From IMG/VR virus record IMGVR_UViG_3300028384_001275, positions 1 through 64,000 of that record: a DNA stretch of 64,000 nt; one strand, 5' to 3'. Positions 36,519 through 46,364 of the stretch are shown here, one piece after another. The stretch comes from a virus. The number at the start of each line of letters is the position of its first letter. Positions within the stretch are counted from its first letter, which is position 1. The notes under the pieces are model-generated. The model saw only the letters and a list, made by a program, of their open reading frames with translations. It made no database searches and had not been told where the DNA came from. The position numbers and the translations under genes are program-made.

Positions 36519-36947
36519 ATGGCTAAGTACGCAATCGTTAATGGTGAAAACGGATCTTTTAGTGACATCGTAGATGAAGAAGATAAGTTTGAAATCTATG
36601 AGGGTCCCGATTCTAAAGTCCGCTGGATGGAAGTGCCCGATGACACCACTTATGAGCATCTGATGGTTAATGGTGTTGTTATTCACCATAGTGAGCAAGA
36701 AGATCTTCGTGAAGGTGCTGTTGTTAATCGCATGATTGCTTATGGTGACATCGGTGAGCAAATGGACATGATGTTTAGAGATGCCCGTGATGGCACAACT
36801 ACATGGAAAGATCATATTGCTAATGTGAAAGAAACTACAACTTCACCTGGATCTATTCCTGAATTTGTACCCGATCCTAAAAAGACTCAACTTGAAGGAC
36901 GTATGGCATGGGATCCCTGGGTTGACAACTGGGTAGCACCCGAGTAG
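36519..36947 (+). CDS. Tail-fibre assembly-like protein
   Basis: R..AY..IGEQ.DM...D...GTTTW.D.I..VK pattern; TAAATA at 36489; AGGAG RBS. Confidence 0.6.
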   Translation: MAKYAIVNGENGSFSDIVDEEDKFEIYEGPDSKVRWMEVPDDTTYEHLMVNGVVIHHSEQEDLREGAVVNRMIAYGDIGEQMDMMFRDARDGTTTWKDHIANVKETTTSPGSIPEFVPDPKKTQLEGRMAWDPWVDNWVAPE

Positions 36948-36950
36948 TAT
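36922..36950 (+). promoter_or_regulatory. Sigma70-type promoter for the halogenase/oxygenase cluster
   Basis: TTGACA (36922-36927), 17 nt, TAGTAT (36945-36950). Confidence 0.55.
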
Positions 36951-36973
36951 ACATAATGTAAAGACTTTACATT

Positions 36974-38596
36974 ATGCGCGTAGAAAGTATTTGCATTGTT
37001 GGTGGTGGAAGCAGCGGATGGATGTCCGCTGCTTTGTTGTCTAAAACCTTTCCAGATATTGAGGTAGCATTAATAGAACCTGAAGACAGTAATCCTATTG
37101 GTGTAGGTGAATCTACATTAGGACACTTCAATCGGTTTCTAGCTAGATTAGACTTGCATGATGAAGATTGGATGCGAGAATGTCAAGCAACCTATAAAAC
37201 TTCTATTGCATTCAAAAACTTTAGAGAGGGTAATGGGGAGAGATTCCAGTATCCTTTCGGTGGATTTGATATGACCGAATTCAAAGATGGAATCATGAGA
37301 TTCTTTGAATTGCAATGTCAATATGGTCAAGAAGAATATCCACCAGAAGAATTTGCCCGTTTTGCCAATCACAACACTTATCTAGCAGAAGAGTGTCGTA
37401 TTACAGACGAAGAGATTCCATTCTCAAATTACAGTTTTAAGAATGACACTGCATATCACTTTGATGCTGCATTATTTGGTCAATATCTAAAGACTAACAT
37501 TGCAATTCCCAATGGTGTAACACACCTGTTGGGTGATGTTGAGAATGTTGTAAAGCGCCCCGATGGATCTATTGAGTCCATTGTGACAACCACAGGTGGT
37601 GTAGTTAGTGCAGATCTATTCGTTGATTGCACAGGATTTAAGTCATTGTTGCTTGAGCAACATATGGGCGTTGAGTTTCATTCTTATAATGATCTTCTCT
37701 TTAATGATAGAGCACTTGCCACTCAAATTCCTTACACTGAGGGTAAGCGTGAGCAACAAATGGAGACCTACACTGATTGTGTAGCTATGGATCATGGTTG
37801 GGTGTGGAATATCCCACTATGGCATCGTGTGGGCACAGGATATGTTTATAGTAGTAAATATACCACTGATGATGATGCTGAGCGAGAGTTTAGAGAATAT
37901 CTATATTTTAGATATGGACCTAAGATTGCTGAAGAAGCATATATGCGACCCATCAAAATTAAGCACGGTAAGCATACGAAAGGGTGGGAGAAAAATGTTG
38001 TTGGTATCGGACTATCTTATGGATTCCTTGAGCCTTTGGAATCTACGGGGTTGATGACAACACACGAAAATCTTATTTACTTGTGTGATACATTACTGCG
38101 TCGTAATAGAATTATTACGAAGATGGATTGTGATAGTTATAATTACACAGTGGATCAGATGATTGAAACTATGAAGAATTTCGTAGCACTTCACTATTCA
38201 TTGAGTAGTCGTGAAGATAATCAATACTGGTCTGATTGTGTTAATAAAATGGAATTTATCAATCCAGTAGATTCACCACTGTCAACAATTCTGGGTCAAA
38301 GTGGTATTGAATCACTAATGAATAGTGTTGAAAATAGTTTCTTTAATGAAGAGAAATTTGCTGGATTCATTTATATCACTGCTGGTCAAGGATACCGTCC
38401 AATCAACCCTGAAATATATAAAGAAAGATCTGACATTGATCGAAAATCTGTCGTTGCAACTATTCGCGAAGAATATATACGACAGAAAAAGTTTATGCTA
38501 CAATGGGCAAGCGAGCAACCTACACATTACCAATATCTTTTGGAGCACATTTATGGGACTGATGAATATCTTCAAGAAAAGGAAACCTTGGGTTAG
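36974..38596 (+). CDS. Flavin-dependent halogenase (tryptophan halogenase/PrnA family)
   Basis: IVGGGSSGW (GxGxxG), IGVGEST, ATYK (catalytic Lys position), FVDCTGF, GWVWNIPL (WxWxIP), FLEPLESTG. Confidence 0.9.
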   Translation: MRVESICIVGGGSSGWMSAALLSKTFPDIEVALIEPEDSNPIGVGESTLGHFNRFLARLDLHDEDWMRECQATYKTSIAFKNFREGNGERFQYPFGGFDMTEFKDGIMRFFELQCQYGQEEYPPEEFARFANHNTYLAEECRITDEEIPFSNYSFKNDTAYHFDAALFGQYLKTNIAIPNGVTHLLGDVENVVKRPDGSIESIVTTTGGVVSADLFVDCTGFKSLLLEQHMGVEFHSYNDLLFNDRALATQIPYTEGKREQQMETYTDCVAMDHGWVWNIPLWHRVGTGYVYSSKYTTDDDAEREFREYLYFRYGPKIAEEAYMRPIKIKHGKHTKGWEKNVVGIGLSYGFLEPLESTGLMTTHENLIYLCDTLLRRNRIITKMDCDSYNYTVDQMIETMKNFVALHYSLSSREDNQYWSDCVNKMEFINPVDSPLSTILGQSGIESLMNSVENSFFNEEKFAGFIYITAGQGYRPINPEIYKERSDIDRKSVVATIREEYIRQKKFMLQWASEQPTHYQYLLEHIYGTDEYLQEKETLG

Positions 38597-39431
38597 ATTT
38601 TATTCTATTGATCCTGGTGTAGCTGATCTTCACCCATGGTTTCCTGCTCGTAAGTTACATCGTAAATGGAGGACTGATGCCCTAAAGGCACAAAATGCTC
38701 CTGAAAAACGCTGCCCTTATAAGAAGGTAGAATCGATGTGGAAAAGAATGTCCGCTGAAATGATGGGTGAGCAAGCAATGCCTGAGATTTATACTCATGG
38801 TGTTACATGTCCTGCCCTCGCATCTGTAATGGATTCGGGATATATTCTTCCTGCTCCAGCTGATATTTTGATTAAAACTGATGGTAGTGGTGTCAACTTT
38901 GAGTGGTTATCTCCAATGTTGTTTCACAACAACAGTCAATATGTAAAGGCACACATTCCCCAACAAACTGAGGGTATGAGAGAGTTAGTCAATCAGCAAG
39001 AAGATGTGCTTGATTGGACTATCAAACTAGAGTTGCCATGGCGGGTCCAGTCTCATCCAGATATTTTATTTTTACAGCAACCTATTCCATATTGGGATGA
39101 AGATAGATTTACACCACCTACAGGTATTGTAGATCCATCATTTTCATATGATATTAATCTTCAACTATTCTGGCATAAAATAGAAGCAGGGGAATACTAT
39201 ATAAAAGCAGGCACACCTTTGTGTCAGTGGATTCCCTTACATCGTGACTTCTTCAAGATGAAAAACTGGGATATTTTCATTGAAACTGCAAATGATCATG
39301 ATATTGAAAACAATAAGATCATGGATTATCAACGAGGCAGAATCTTTATTGAAGGTGACGACTTAAAGGGTAGAATTAAAGTCCAGAGGCAAATACTTGG
39401 ACTAAATAAAAACATCAAGAGGTTTATGTAG
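38553..39431 (+). CDS. Conserved hypothetical protein (possible dUTPase-like beta fold)
   Basis: CP......GYI..APAD, K...PW, PP.GIVD, IKAGTPL.Q.IP; likely start ATG 38553 or 38562 rather than 38325. Confidence 0.6.
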   Translation: MGLMNIFKKRKPWVRFYSIDPGVADLHPWFPARKLHRKWRTDALKAQNAPEKRCPYKKVESMWKRMSAEMMGEQAMPEIYTHGVTCPALASVMDSGYILPAPADILIKTDGSGVNFEWLSPMLFHNNSQYVKAHIPQQTEGMRELVNQQEDVLDWTIKLELPWRVQSHPDILFLQQPIPYWDEDRFTPPTGIVDPSFSYDINLQLFWHKIEAGEYYIKAGTPLCQWIPLHRDFFKMKNWDIFIETANDHDIENNKIMDYQRGRIFIEGDDLKGRIKVQRQILGLNKNIKRFM

Positions 39432-39432
39432 T

Positions 39433-39789
39433 ATGTCTGAAAATGTAAAAGAAGTCAACCTGACTGAGGTTGCTGGTGTGAAAACAACTGAAGAGAAACT
39501 TCAAGAAAGCAAAGAGAATGAGGTTACTGATCTTATCTCTTATGACGATCTTGTTTATAATTTCTTGCAACAGTTTGAGGATACTAAAGAGGAGTATAAG
39601 AAACTGCAAGAAGCACTAGACAATATGCACTACACTTCTACAATCACCAAGATTTCACTAGAAGAAATGCAAACGAAGAAAGACCATATGAATAAGCTTG
39701 CGGGTGCTATTGAGGCAATGTATCTGTATAAAAAGCATGTCAATCCCGAGTGCTCCGATAAAGATTTTACTTTTGAAGATGAAGACTAA
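39433..39789 (+). CDS. Acidic coiled-coil hypothetical protein
   Basis: Heptad-like helix, L.GAIEA; TAAATA near 39403. Confidence 0.6.
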   Translation: MSENVKEVNLTEVAGVKTTEEKLQESKENEVTDLISYDDLVYNFLQQFEDTKEEYKKLQEALDNMHYTSTITKISLEEMQTKKDHMNKLAGAIEAMYLYKKHVNPECSDKDFTFEDED

Positions 39790-40429
39790 ATTATTATTTC
39801 CCACACCTGTCTGGATTCAAGATGAGTGTGGGATTGATCTTAATAAATTAACTGAATTTTGTTATTTTGTAGAGAAAGAAGATCCAGAAGGAAGACACGC
39901 AACCAATGATGGTGGTTGGCAATCTCATGACTTTGTTGATAGTGTCATGAAAGATAACCCACTATCTGAAATACGTCAAAAAATTTATGAGTTAGCATAT
40001 GCAGCTTGTGATCAATGGGGGTATCAATATTATTCTCTAAAGATGACTAATTTGTGGATTAATATCAATCGCAAAGGTCATTCTAACCTTATGCACACAC
40101 ATCCTGGATGTATTTTGTCGGGAGTTTATTATGCTAAAGTGCCCGAATGTTGTGCTGGAGCACTTTCTTTTGTCCGAGATTTTAGAGAGCAACATCTAAA
40201 AGAATCATGGGGCAATGCTGCTAACTTTTCAAAGTGGGATGAAGACATGAATATGGATGAATATGATGTTTATCCAGAGGCAGATAAGATGGTATTGTTT
40301 CCGTCATGGATGCCACATGTGGTGAGTAGATCTTCATCCGATGGTGATAGAGTATCTCTATCTTTTAATATCCTTGCATTTTCCAATCATTATAATGAAA
40401 TATATCCAACTGGACAACATAATCGGTAA
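39779..40429 (+). CDS. 2OG-Fe(II) oxygenase (TIGR02466-like)
   Basis: LFPTP, GGWQS, WININ....N..HTHP..LSGVYY, FPSW.PH.V, R.S.SFN. Confidence 0.85.
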   Translation: MKTKLLFPTPVWIQDECGIDLNKLTEFCYFVEKEDPEGRHATNDGGWQSHDFVDSVMKDNPLSEIRQKIYELAYAACDQWGYQYYSLKMTNLWININRKGHSNLMHTHPGCILSGVYYAKVPECCAGALSFVRDFREQHLKESWGNAANFSKWDEDMNMDEYDVYPEADKMVLFPSWMPHVVSRSSSDGDRVSLSFNILAFSNHYNEIYPTGQHNR

Positions 40430-41060
40430 GACACATCTGTCTAGGTTGTTTCATATTTTATCCGCACCTGCTGGTGGATTCCCTTGGTTTTTCCTATCGG
40501 AAGATGTTAGCTATAGCACCAATGATTATACCTTTGGTGATGTGCATATTTTAGATATTCCTGAAAAACAAAAAAGTATTGGTTTCACTCATGTGTTGTT
40601 AGATAGTGATGGAAGTAAGAGTCCTTATTATGAGATCTTTGCAGCACTATTAGATGAAATCCAAGATGCCTTACCTGCCCCTATCGAGTTTTTTCGTGTT
40701 AGACTTGCATTGCAGTTGAATAATGGTATAGACTCACATAATGCAGCACATACTGATAGTGAGAAAGATCATTATGCTGCATTATTTTACTTTCATGATT
40801 CATCTGGAGACACTGTATTCATGGATCAATATGATAATCCCAATGAAGGTACAATTGATGAAAGATGGATGAGAGCGAGGACTCAAAACTACACTATTCA
40901 AAAGAGAGTAACACCCAAAGCGAATAGATTGTTTGTATTTGATGGTCATCAATTTCATTCATCATCCAATCCAACTGACAATAAGTTTCGTATTATTCTG
41001 AATCTCAATTTCACTTCTGATGTCGATCTCTTCGCTGCTGCAAACACTAACAACAACTAA
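40395..41060 (+). CDS. 2OG-Fe(II) oxygenase
   Basis: FPWF, HTD, Y..DSSGDTV, PK.NR..VFDG..FHSS, R...N.NF. Confidence 0.8.
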   Translation: MKYIQLDNIIGKTHLSRLFHILSAPAGGFPWFFLSEDVSYSTNDYTFGDVHILDIPEKQKSIGFTHVLLDSDGSKSPYYEIFAALLDEIQDALPAPIEFFRVRLALQLNNGIDSHNAAHTDSEKDHYAALFYFHDSSGDTVFMDQYDNPNEGTIDERWMRARTQNYTIQKRVTPKANRLFVFDGHQFHSSSNPTDNKFRIILNLNFTSDVDLFAAANTNNN

Positions 41061-41724
41061 AAACTGGGATATTGATGATACTCCCCAATATTGGCAGAAT
41101 ATATGTGATGATCCCAGTGTATTTGCTACATGGAAAGAAGTTGAGTATTGCCTTAATAATCCACAGGTATTTGATATTCAGCTAATTGATTCTAGGACTA
41201 ATCAATACTACGATCTGCAATACTTCCCCAGACACTGGTCTAAACCTTGCCCTGATGTGTCTGATATTATGGATGCTGTCTCCAATGGACATAATATCGT
41301 AATCAATAATTTTAGCTGGGTTAATCACAAAAAACAAATACTATTGGATCAAATTGAGAATACTTTTCATGGTATAACTGCTGACTTTCATGTTTATGCT
41401 GGCATCAAAACTTCAAAGTCATTTAGAATACATGAGGATTATTCTAATAACTTTATTGTCCAAGTGGAAGGAGAAACGCACTGGAAAGTATATAACAATC
41501 GTCGATCATTCTTAAACACACAAATAAATTATATTCTTAATGAGGATGATTTAGATTGTATTATTGATGTTAAAATGCAACCAGGAGATATTCTCTACAT
41601 ACCACAAGGGTGTTATCATTTAGCACAACCACAAGAAAAAAGATTGTCTATTAGTATTCCTATGCAATCTAGATTGGCACACTTAAAAATGACAGATCGT
41701 AAGTATTATGCTCTCCCCAGTTAA
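41020..41724 (+). CDS. JmjC/cupin-family oxygenase
   Basis: SF.IHED..NFIVQ.EG.T.WKVY, PGD.LYIP.G.YH.A, RLSIS. Confidence 0.8.
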   Translation: MSISSLLQTLTTTKNWDIDDTPQYWQNICDDPSVFATWKEVEYCLNNPQVFDIQLIDSRTNQYYDLQYFPRHWSKPCPDVSDIMDAVSNGHNIVINNFSWVNHKKQILLDQIENTFHGITADFHVYAGIKTSKSFRIHEDYSNNFIVQVEGETHWKVYNNRRSFLNTQINYILNEDDLDCIIDVKMQPGDILYIPQGCYHLAQPQEKRLSISIPMQSRLAHLKMTDRKYYALPS

Positions 41725-42313
41725 TGTATTTCCATACATTTATAAAGCACAGTATGATTTTAATTTTGAATCTATTCAGCATGTAGTAGATCAACATTTA
41801 GATGATGCTCGTGAGCGTGGCAATCCTGTTACCTTAGAAAAGAATGGTGGCGTCACGAGTGTTGTATTGTGCAAGGAGAATCCTCCTCATGGGTGGCCTT
41901 TGTTTGATGATTTTAAGGAGTGGTTGTTTCCTACTGTAGATGAATTGTGGGAAACTTGGAGAATGCAACCATGCTGTAAAACATTATCTGAGTCTTGGAT
42001 TAATGTGCATCCCCCTGGTGCATATACTGCTGAGCATCATCATCAAAATGTCCAAGTTGCTGTATCCTGCTATCTCTCAGTGCCAGAAAATAGCGGTAGG
42101 TTTGTCATACAAAATCCACTAAACATTTATAAGTTGGGTGAACCACTCAACTATCACTATTATGATCAGGAGATGGATTGGATGCCTATTGATGTGCAAA
42201 CGAATGATGTGCTATTCTTCCCAGGTTGGTTAAACCATAAAACTGAAGTCAATAAATCAAACGACAATAGATATATTATGTCAATGAATATCATGGGTAA
42301 TCTTAATGCTTGA
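41708..42313 (+). CDS. 2OG-Fe(II) oxygenase (TIGR02466-like)
   Basis: SWIN.H.PG....EHHH, YL.VP.NSG, FFPGWL.HKT, R...S.N. Confidence 0.8.
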   Translation: MLSPVNVFPYIYKAQYDFNFESIQHVVDQHLDDARERGNPVTLEKNGGVTSVVLCKENPPHGWPLFDDFKEWLFPTVDELWETWRMQPCCKTLSESWINVHPPGAYTAEHHHQNVQVAVSCYLSVPENSGRFVIQNPLNIYKLGEPLNYHYYDQEMDWMPIDVQTNDVLFFPGWLNHKTEVNKSNDNRYIMSMNIMGNLNA

Positions 42314-43010
42314 AGTCCACGACACTAAAATTGTAAATTGGCAGTTGTTTGAGAAGATTGTGCATCTTCCCTACAAATTCACACGCACTGATGTGCCACC
42401 AACAGAATCACGTCCAGAGATAGATTTCGCTGGTCTTTATTGGACTCATCAGCTATACAATTACTGTCCAGTTTCTGACCCTGACTATTTTCAGAATGCA
42501 GGACTTGATGGTAGTGATGATCCTATGTGGAAAGATATCCTCACCTATCTAGAGGCAACTGTGCCTAGTATGCCCCCTCGGGATAATCTTTATAGTGCAT
42601 ATATTAATGTATTGCGAGAGGGCAACAATCCTGGCATTCATGTTGATGCACCATATTTTGTGCCTGACAATCAAACAGTGCTGTTATATTTGAATCCTGA
42701 TTGGGATCCAGAATGGGGTGGCGAAACTATATTTTTTGATCATGATCTTGACGCAAAAACTCTTGTTGCTCCTCGTGCTGGTCGTATTGTTATCTTTGAT
42801 GGCAGGATCCCCCACACAGGAAGACCACCAACGCCAAAATACAACCACAACAGGTATATTATGGCATTCAAATATATGAATCCAGAAGAGCGAGAGAAAC
42901 TATTTGTTGACTATGAATTGAATAACATGCCACCTGTTGAGGATCGTGGCATCGCGGGTTTTGATTCCCTGACAGTAAAAGAAATCTGGAAAACACTTGA
43001 CAAAATCTAA
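42306..43010 (+). CDS. 2OG-Fe(II) oxygenase (prolyl-hydroxylase-like)
   Basis: HVD, LYLN..W...WGGET.F, GR.V.FDG.IPH, R...AFK. Confidence 0.85.
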   Translation: MLEVHDTKIVNWQLFEKIVHLPYKFTRTDVPPTESRPEIDFAGLYWTHQLYNYCPVSDPDYFQNAGLDGSDDPMWKDILTYLEATVPSMPPRDNLYSAYINVLREGNNPGIHVDAPYFVPDNQTVLLYLNPDWDPEWGGETIFFDHDLDAKTLVAPRAGRIVIFDGRIPHTGRPPTPKYNHNRYIMAFKYMNPEEREKLFVDYELNNMPPVEDRGIAGFDSLTVKEIWKTLDKI

Positions 43011-43056
43011 AGAGTGGATATTGTTAAATAGTATTGGACCCTCTAGGGAGGATCAA

Positions 43057-43218
43057 ATGTTCACAGTCAAGTCAGCACTCCTCAATCGTGAGGAAAAAAA
43101 CCTAGTCAGACGTGCCCTCTTTCTTTATCAGAAAGATTGTTATAATCGATATGGTGATCTGACAGACGAGCAACACGAACTAATAGCGGAGATTGCGGAC
43201 AAACTACATTTACGATAA
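43057..43218 (+). CDS. Small hypothetical protein
   Basis: GGAGG RBS, ATG at 43057. Confidence 0.55.
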   Translation: MFTVKSALLNREEKNLVRRALFLYQKDCYNRYGDLTDEQHELIAEIADKLHLR

Positions 43219-43220
43219 TT

Positions 43221-43841
43221 ATGGAAGTATTGCCTTTATTTTCTACCCCTGTTTATCTTGATACCTGTGACATTCCTGAGATAGACTTTAACATGGAGTG
43301 GCAGAATCCTTGCGGTGATGATCCTACTTACGGCAACAATGGTAAGATCTCAGCTAATACTAATTGGTTAGAAGTTGGATTGTATAGTGATCTGAAACGC
43401 ACGATTGAAGCACACCTCTCACAATATGTTTTTGGTGTGCTGGGTAGTGGTAAAGGCATCACATTAGAGCACCAATCCTCCTGGGTCAATAGACACGACA
43501 GGGGAGATCGTGCTGCCAATCATGTGCATGTGAATAGCATGTTTAGTGGTGTTTTATACTTAGAGGTCCCACCAGATTCGGGGGATCTAATTTTTAATGT
43601 TCCTGCATCTGTGCCAACCTATTGCACCAACACCGTAAGTTTGGATATTGTAGAACCCAACGTCTACAATCAGCGTGAAGTCCCATTCACACCTGATAGG
43701 GGAGATATTATTATTTTCCCATCACATCTTCCACATTATGTTACAGCTAACAACAGCGATTTGCCAAGATATAGTCTGGCATTCAACTATTTTGCTAAAG
43801 GTGTGGTAGGATACAACGAATCGCGGTTGCATCTGAAATGA
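43221..43841 (+). CDS. 2OG-Fe(II) oxygenase (TIGR02466-like)
   Basis: LFSTP, SW.N, H.H.NS..SGV.Y, FPS.L.H.V..N....R.SLAFN. Confidence 0.85.
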   Translation: MEVLPLFSTPVYLDTCDIPEIDFNMEWQNPCGDDPTYGNNGKISANTNWLEVGLYSDLKRTIEAHLSQYVFGVLGSGKGITLEHQSSWVNRHDRGDRAANHVHVNSMFSGVLYLEVPPDSGDLIFNVPASVPTYCTNTVSLDIVEPNVYNQREVPFTPDRGDIIIFPSHLPHYVTANNSDLPRYSLAFNYFAKGVVGYNESRLHLK

Positions 43842-44185
43842 CAACACCTTTAATGATCGGTGAAAGTGTGCCACTAGAAGTTAAAAAGATTATAGAGACA
43901 CTTACATTGGGACGTAGAGCAAGATTTAGAGGTTGTGAGGGATTCATTGATTTTATTTCAGATCAATATATAACTATTTGTTATAAGCAGAAGAAAAGTT
44001 TGCCTGGTAGTCGTAGACCATATGAAAACTCTAGTATTTTAGTATATCATTGGGACTGGGATGATTTAGAGGTTGATGATAGTGCCATGCACGATGTTAG
44101 GCAATATAGAGGAAAGATTAATGATCACCCAGGTAACGAAATGTTACCGTATACGCCCCAGGCGGCGGATGTTGCCATTCTCTAG
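43838..44185 (+). CDS. Hypothetical protein
   Basis: G.I.FI...YIT.C pattern; ATGA overlap. Confidence 0.6.
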   Translation: MTTPLMIGESVPLEVKKIIETLTLGRRARFRGCEGFIDFISDQYITICYKQKKSLPGSRRPYENSSILVYHWDWDDLEVDDSAMHDVRQYRGKINDHPGNEMLPYTPQAADVAIL

Positions 44186-44201
44186 CGTGATGGTGTATAA
44201 T
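44172..44201 (+). promoter_or_regulatory. Sigma70-type promoter
   Basis: TTGCCA, 18 nt, TATAAT upstream of 44225. Confidence 0.55.
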
Positions 44202-44224
44202 TTCAGAGTAACGCACCCCACCCG

Positions 44225-44827
44225 ATGACCAGCACCCTCTCCAAGGTATACCGCGACCTGATCCCCGTTGCCCTGAATGAGATGACCAGCATCCTGAATC
44301 AAATGCTTAGTGTGATCGATAAGGACCTGGATGGTATGGGTGGCACTGTTGATAAGACTAAGTTTCTGGCACATGTGCAACCCGTAGCTTTTAAGAATGC
44401 TGCTGCACGTCTTGGCATTGACTATAACTTTGTCAATGCAAATGGTTACGACACTGAGATCAACATCCACGAAGAAGGTGCTGAGATCCGTTTTCGTATT
44501 GAGGACAAAATGTCTCTGATGGAATCCACTGATTCTTTTGCTACTGGCAATAACCACAGCAAAGTCAAAGATTACACTCACTTTGTGATGAAGTTGCAGA
44601 ATGTGGGTAACATCTTCACATCATGCTTTGCTGCTCTAATTGATGTCCCCAATCTGTCAGATGGCAGCGGTTGGAATGATACTGTCACCAAGTCAGGTAA
44701 GAATAACAATGGTTTCTCTTCCCTGAAGATTCTTAAGGAAGATGCTGATAAGATTGAGGTGATCTATGGTAGCATTCGTAATGCCAAGAAATTCATCCAC
44801 TCCGAATACGAAACTCTCGATGCTTGA
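44225..44827 (+). CDS. Hypothetical protein, possible PD-(D/E)XK restriction-like endonuclease
   Basis: GYD...IEDK spacing fits PD-(D/E)xK; overlaps the methyltransferase start. Confidence 0.45.
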   Translation: MTSTLSKVYRDLIPVALNEMTSILNQMLSVIDKDLDGMGGTVDKTKFLAHVQPVAFKNAAARLGIDYNFVNANGYDTEINIHEEGAEIRFRIEDKMSLMESTDSFATGNNHSKVKDYTHFVMKLQNVGNIFTSCFAALIDVPNLSDGSGWNDTVTKSGKNNNGFSSLKILKEDADKIEVIYGSIRNAKKFIHSEYETLDA

Positions 44828-45607
44828 TATTAATACCACACACCACATGAATTGCATCGATGGGATGCAACAAATGGATGCTGAAAGTGTTGACCTAGTT
44901 ATCACCTCTCCTCCATATTCATGAAGGTTGCAGATGAGTTGTCTCGTGTGCTCAAACCTGGTGGAGTCATTATGTGGAATGTCAACGATGCCACGGTGAA
45001 AGGTAGTGAAACTGGTAGTAGTTTTCGGCAGTGCCTTTACTTTATGGATGCTCATGGTCTCCGTTTACATGATACTATGATCTATGAAAAGACAGGCACA
45101 GCGTTTGCATCTGGTCCAAATAGTGTGAGATATACTCAGATCTTTGAGTATTGTTTTATTCTATCCAAGGGCAAACCTAAGACAATTAATCTTATTCAAG
45201 ACAAGAAGAATAAGTGGGCAGGATATACTTCATTCGGCAATGCTGTGACTAGGAAGAAGGATGGCACCTTCAATGATCCTGGTAAGAAGAGTAATGCCAT
45301 CAGAGAATGGGGAGTGAGGACTAACATCTGGAAGATCAAGAATAGTGGTGGTTTTGGACAATCATCCAAGGCAAGTTACAAACATCCTGCTACAATGCCT
45401 GAAGAGTTAGCTAGAGGTCATGTAATTACATGGTCTAATGAGAAAGATCTAATTCTTGATCCTTTTATGGGTGCTGGCACCACTGCCCAGGTTGCCCTAG
45501 AAGAAAACCGCAATTTTATTGGTTTTGAGATTGATGATACATATCATCAAATGTGTGTTGACAGAATCACACCAATGCAGGACAATTTATTGACACGGTT
45601 ATGCTAA
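44820..45607 (+). pseudogene. Beta-class N4-C/N6-A DNA methyltransferase, split by a frameshift
   Basis: 44820-44924 reads MLDINTTHHMNCIDGM...SVDLVITSPPYS*; the rest (RVLKPGG, HPA, LDPFMGAGTT, GFEID) is in another frame from ATG 44921. Confidence 0.8.
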
Positions 45608-45804
45608 GAAACAAAGCAAAAGTAACACCTAAGAGTGATAAAGCAAAGAAGATCTTTGCTGAATATCTCAACAGTAAACCTATTGTAACTGTTGAGCATA
45701 AACGTGAGGACCGTTGGTTTTTCTCTAGCATAGATAATCCAGACTTCTGGTTTTGGGTTGATGTGCCTAAAGATATCAACTGGGAGTATACTTTAATCGA
45801 TTAA
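45601..45804 (+). CDS. Hypothetical protein
   Basis: V.PKS.KAK..F...FWFWV....D.NW pattern. Confidence 0.6.
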   Translation: MLRNKAKVTPKSDKAKKIFAEYLNSKPIVTVEHKREDRWFFSSIDNPDFWFWVDVPKDINWEYTLID

Positions 45805-45858
45805 TTGCCCCAACTGCCCTACATGTCCATGACTGTAACTATCACCAGCGAGAAATCT

Positions 45859-46137
45859 ATGTCTAACTATGAGAAATTGGTAGAAGACCTGAAAGAATTG
45901 ATTTCAGGATATGTTGAAGAAGATCAAGTATCTCCCACACAATTTGTGTGTGCTCTAAGAGCAGCATTGGCAGAGTGTCATGAATGGCATGAAACTAGAT
46001 CAGTATTGCTCGAAGATACTCTAGAATTGCTCAAGACAAGGAAAACTGTAGTCACTGAGCGTGAGTTACTCTTAGAGACCACAGAAGATGTCGCTAAAGT
46101 AAACTATCAAGCAGGTTTTTGGCCTGGAAATGATTAA
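45859..46137 (+). CDS. Hypothetical protein
   Basis: Likely ATG at 45859 after GAG. Confidence 0.55.
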   Translation: MSNYEKLVEDLKELISGYVEEDQVSPTQFVCALRAALAECHEWHETRSVLLEDTLELLKTRKTVVTERELLLETTEDVAKVNYQAGFWPGND

Positions 46138-46364
46138 TGAGTGCAGCAGATAACGCAGAGCAAGCATCACGAAAGATGCTTGCTAAATTACAAGAATATA
46201 ACAATAAGATTCTTGGTAGTGATGACATCGAAGAATCAATTATTGAGCGAGTGAATGCAGCAACAGAATTGCGGGACATATTGCAATCAACCCGAAAAAT
46301 GCAAGAGTTGGCAGCAAAGCAACATCGACATTCTAAGCAGAGTGAGACTACCGATGAAGTATGA
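46137..46364 (+). CDS. Hypothetical protein
   Basis: TAATG coupling with the previous stop. Confidence 0.55.
   Translation: MSAADNAEQASRKMLAKLQEYNNKILGSDDIEESIIERVNAATELRDILQSTRKMQELAAKQHRHSKQSETTDEV

Noticed and set aside
38325-38552. Long N-terminal extension of the 38325 ORF overlapping the halogenase (similarly 39698, 40341, 46255)
   Set aside because: Downstream ATGs near the preceding stops give normal short overlaps; the extensions look like longest-ORF artefacts.
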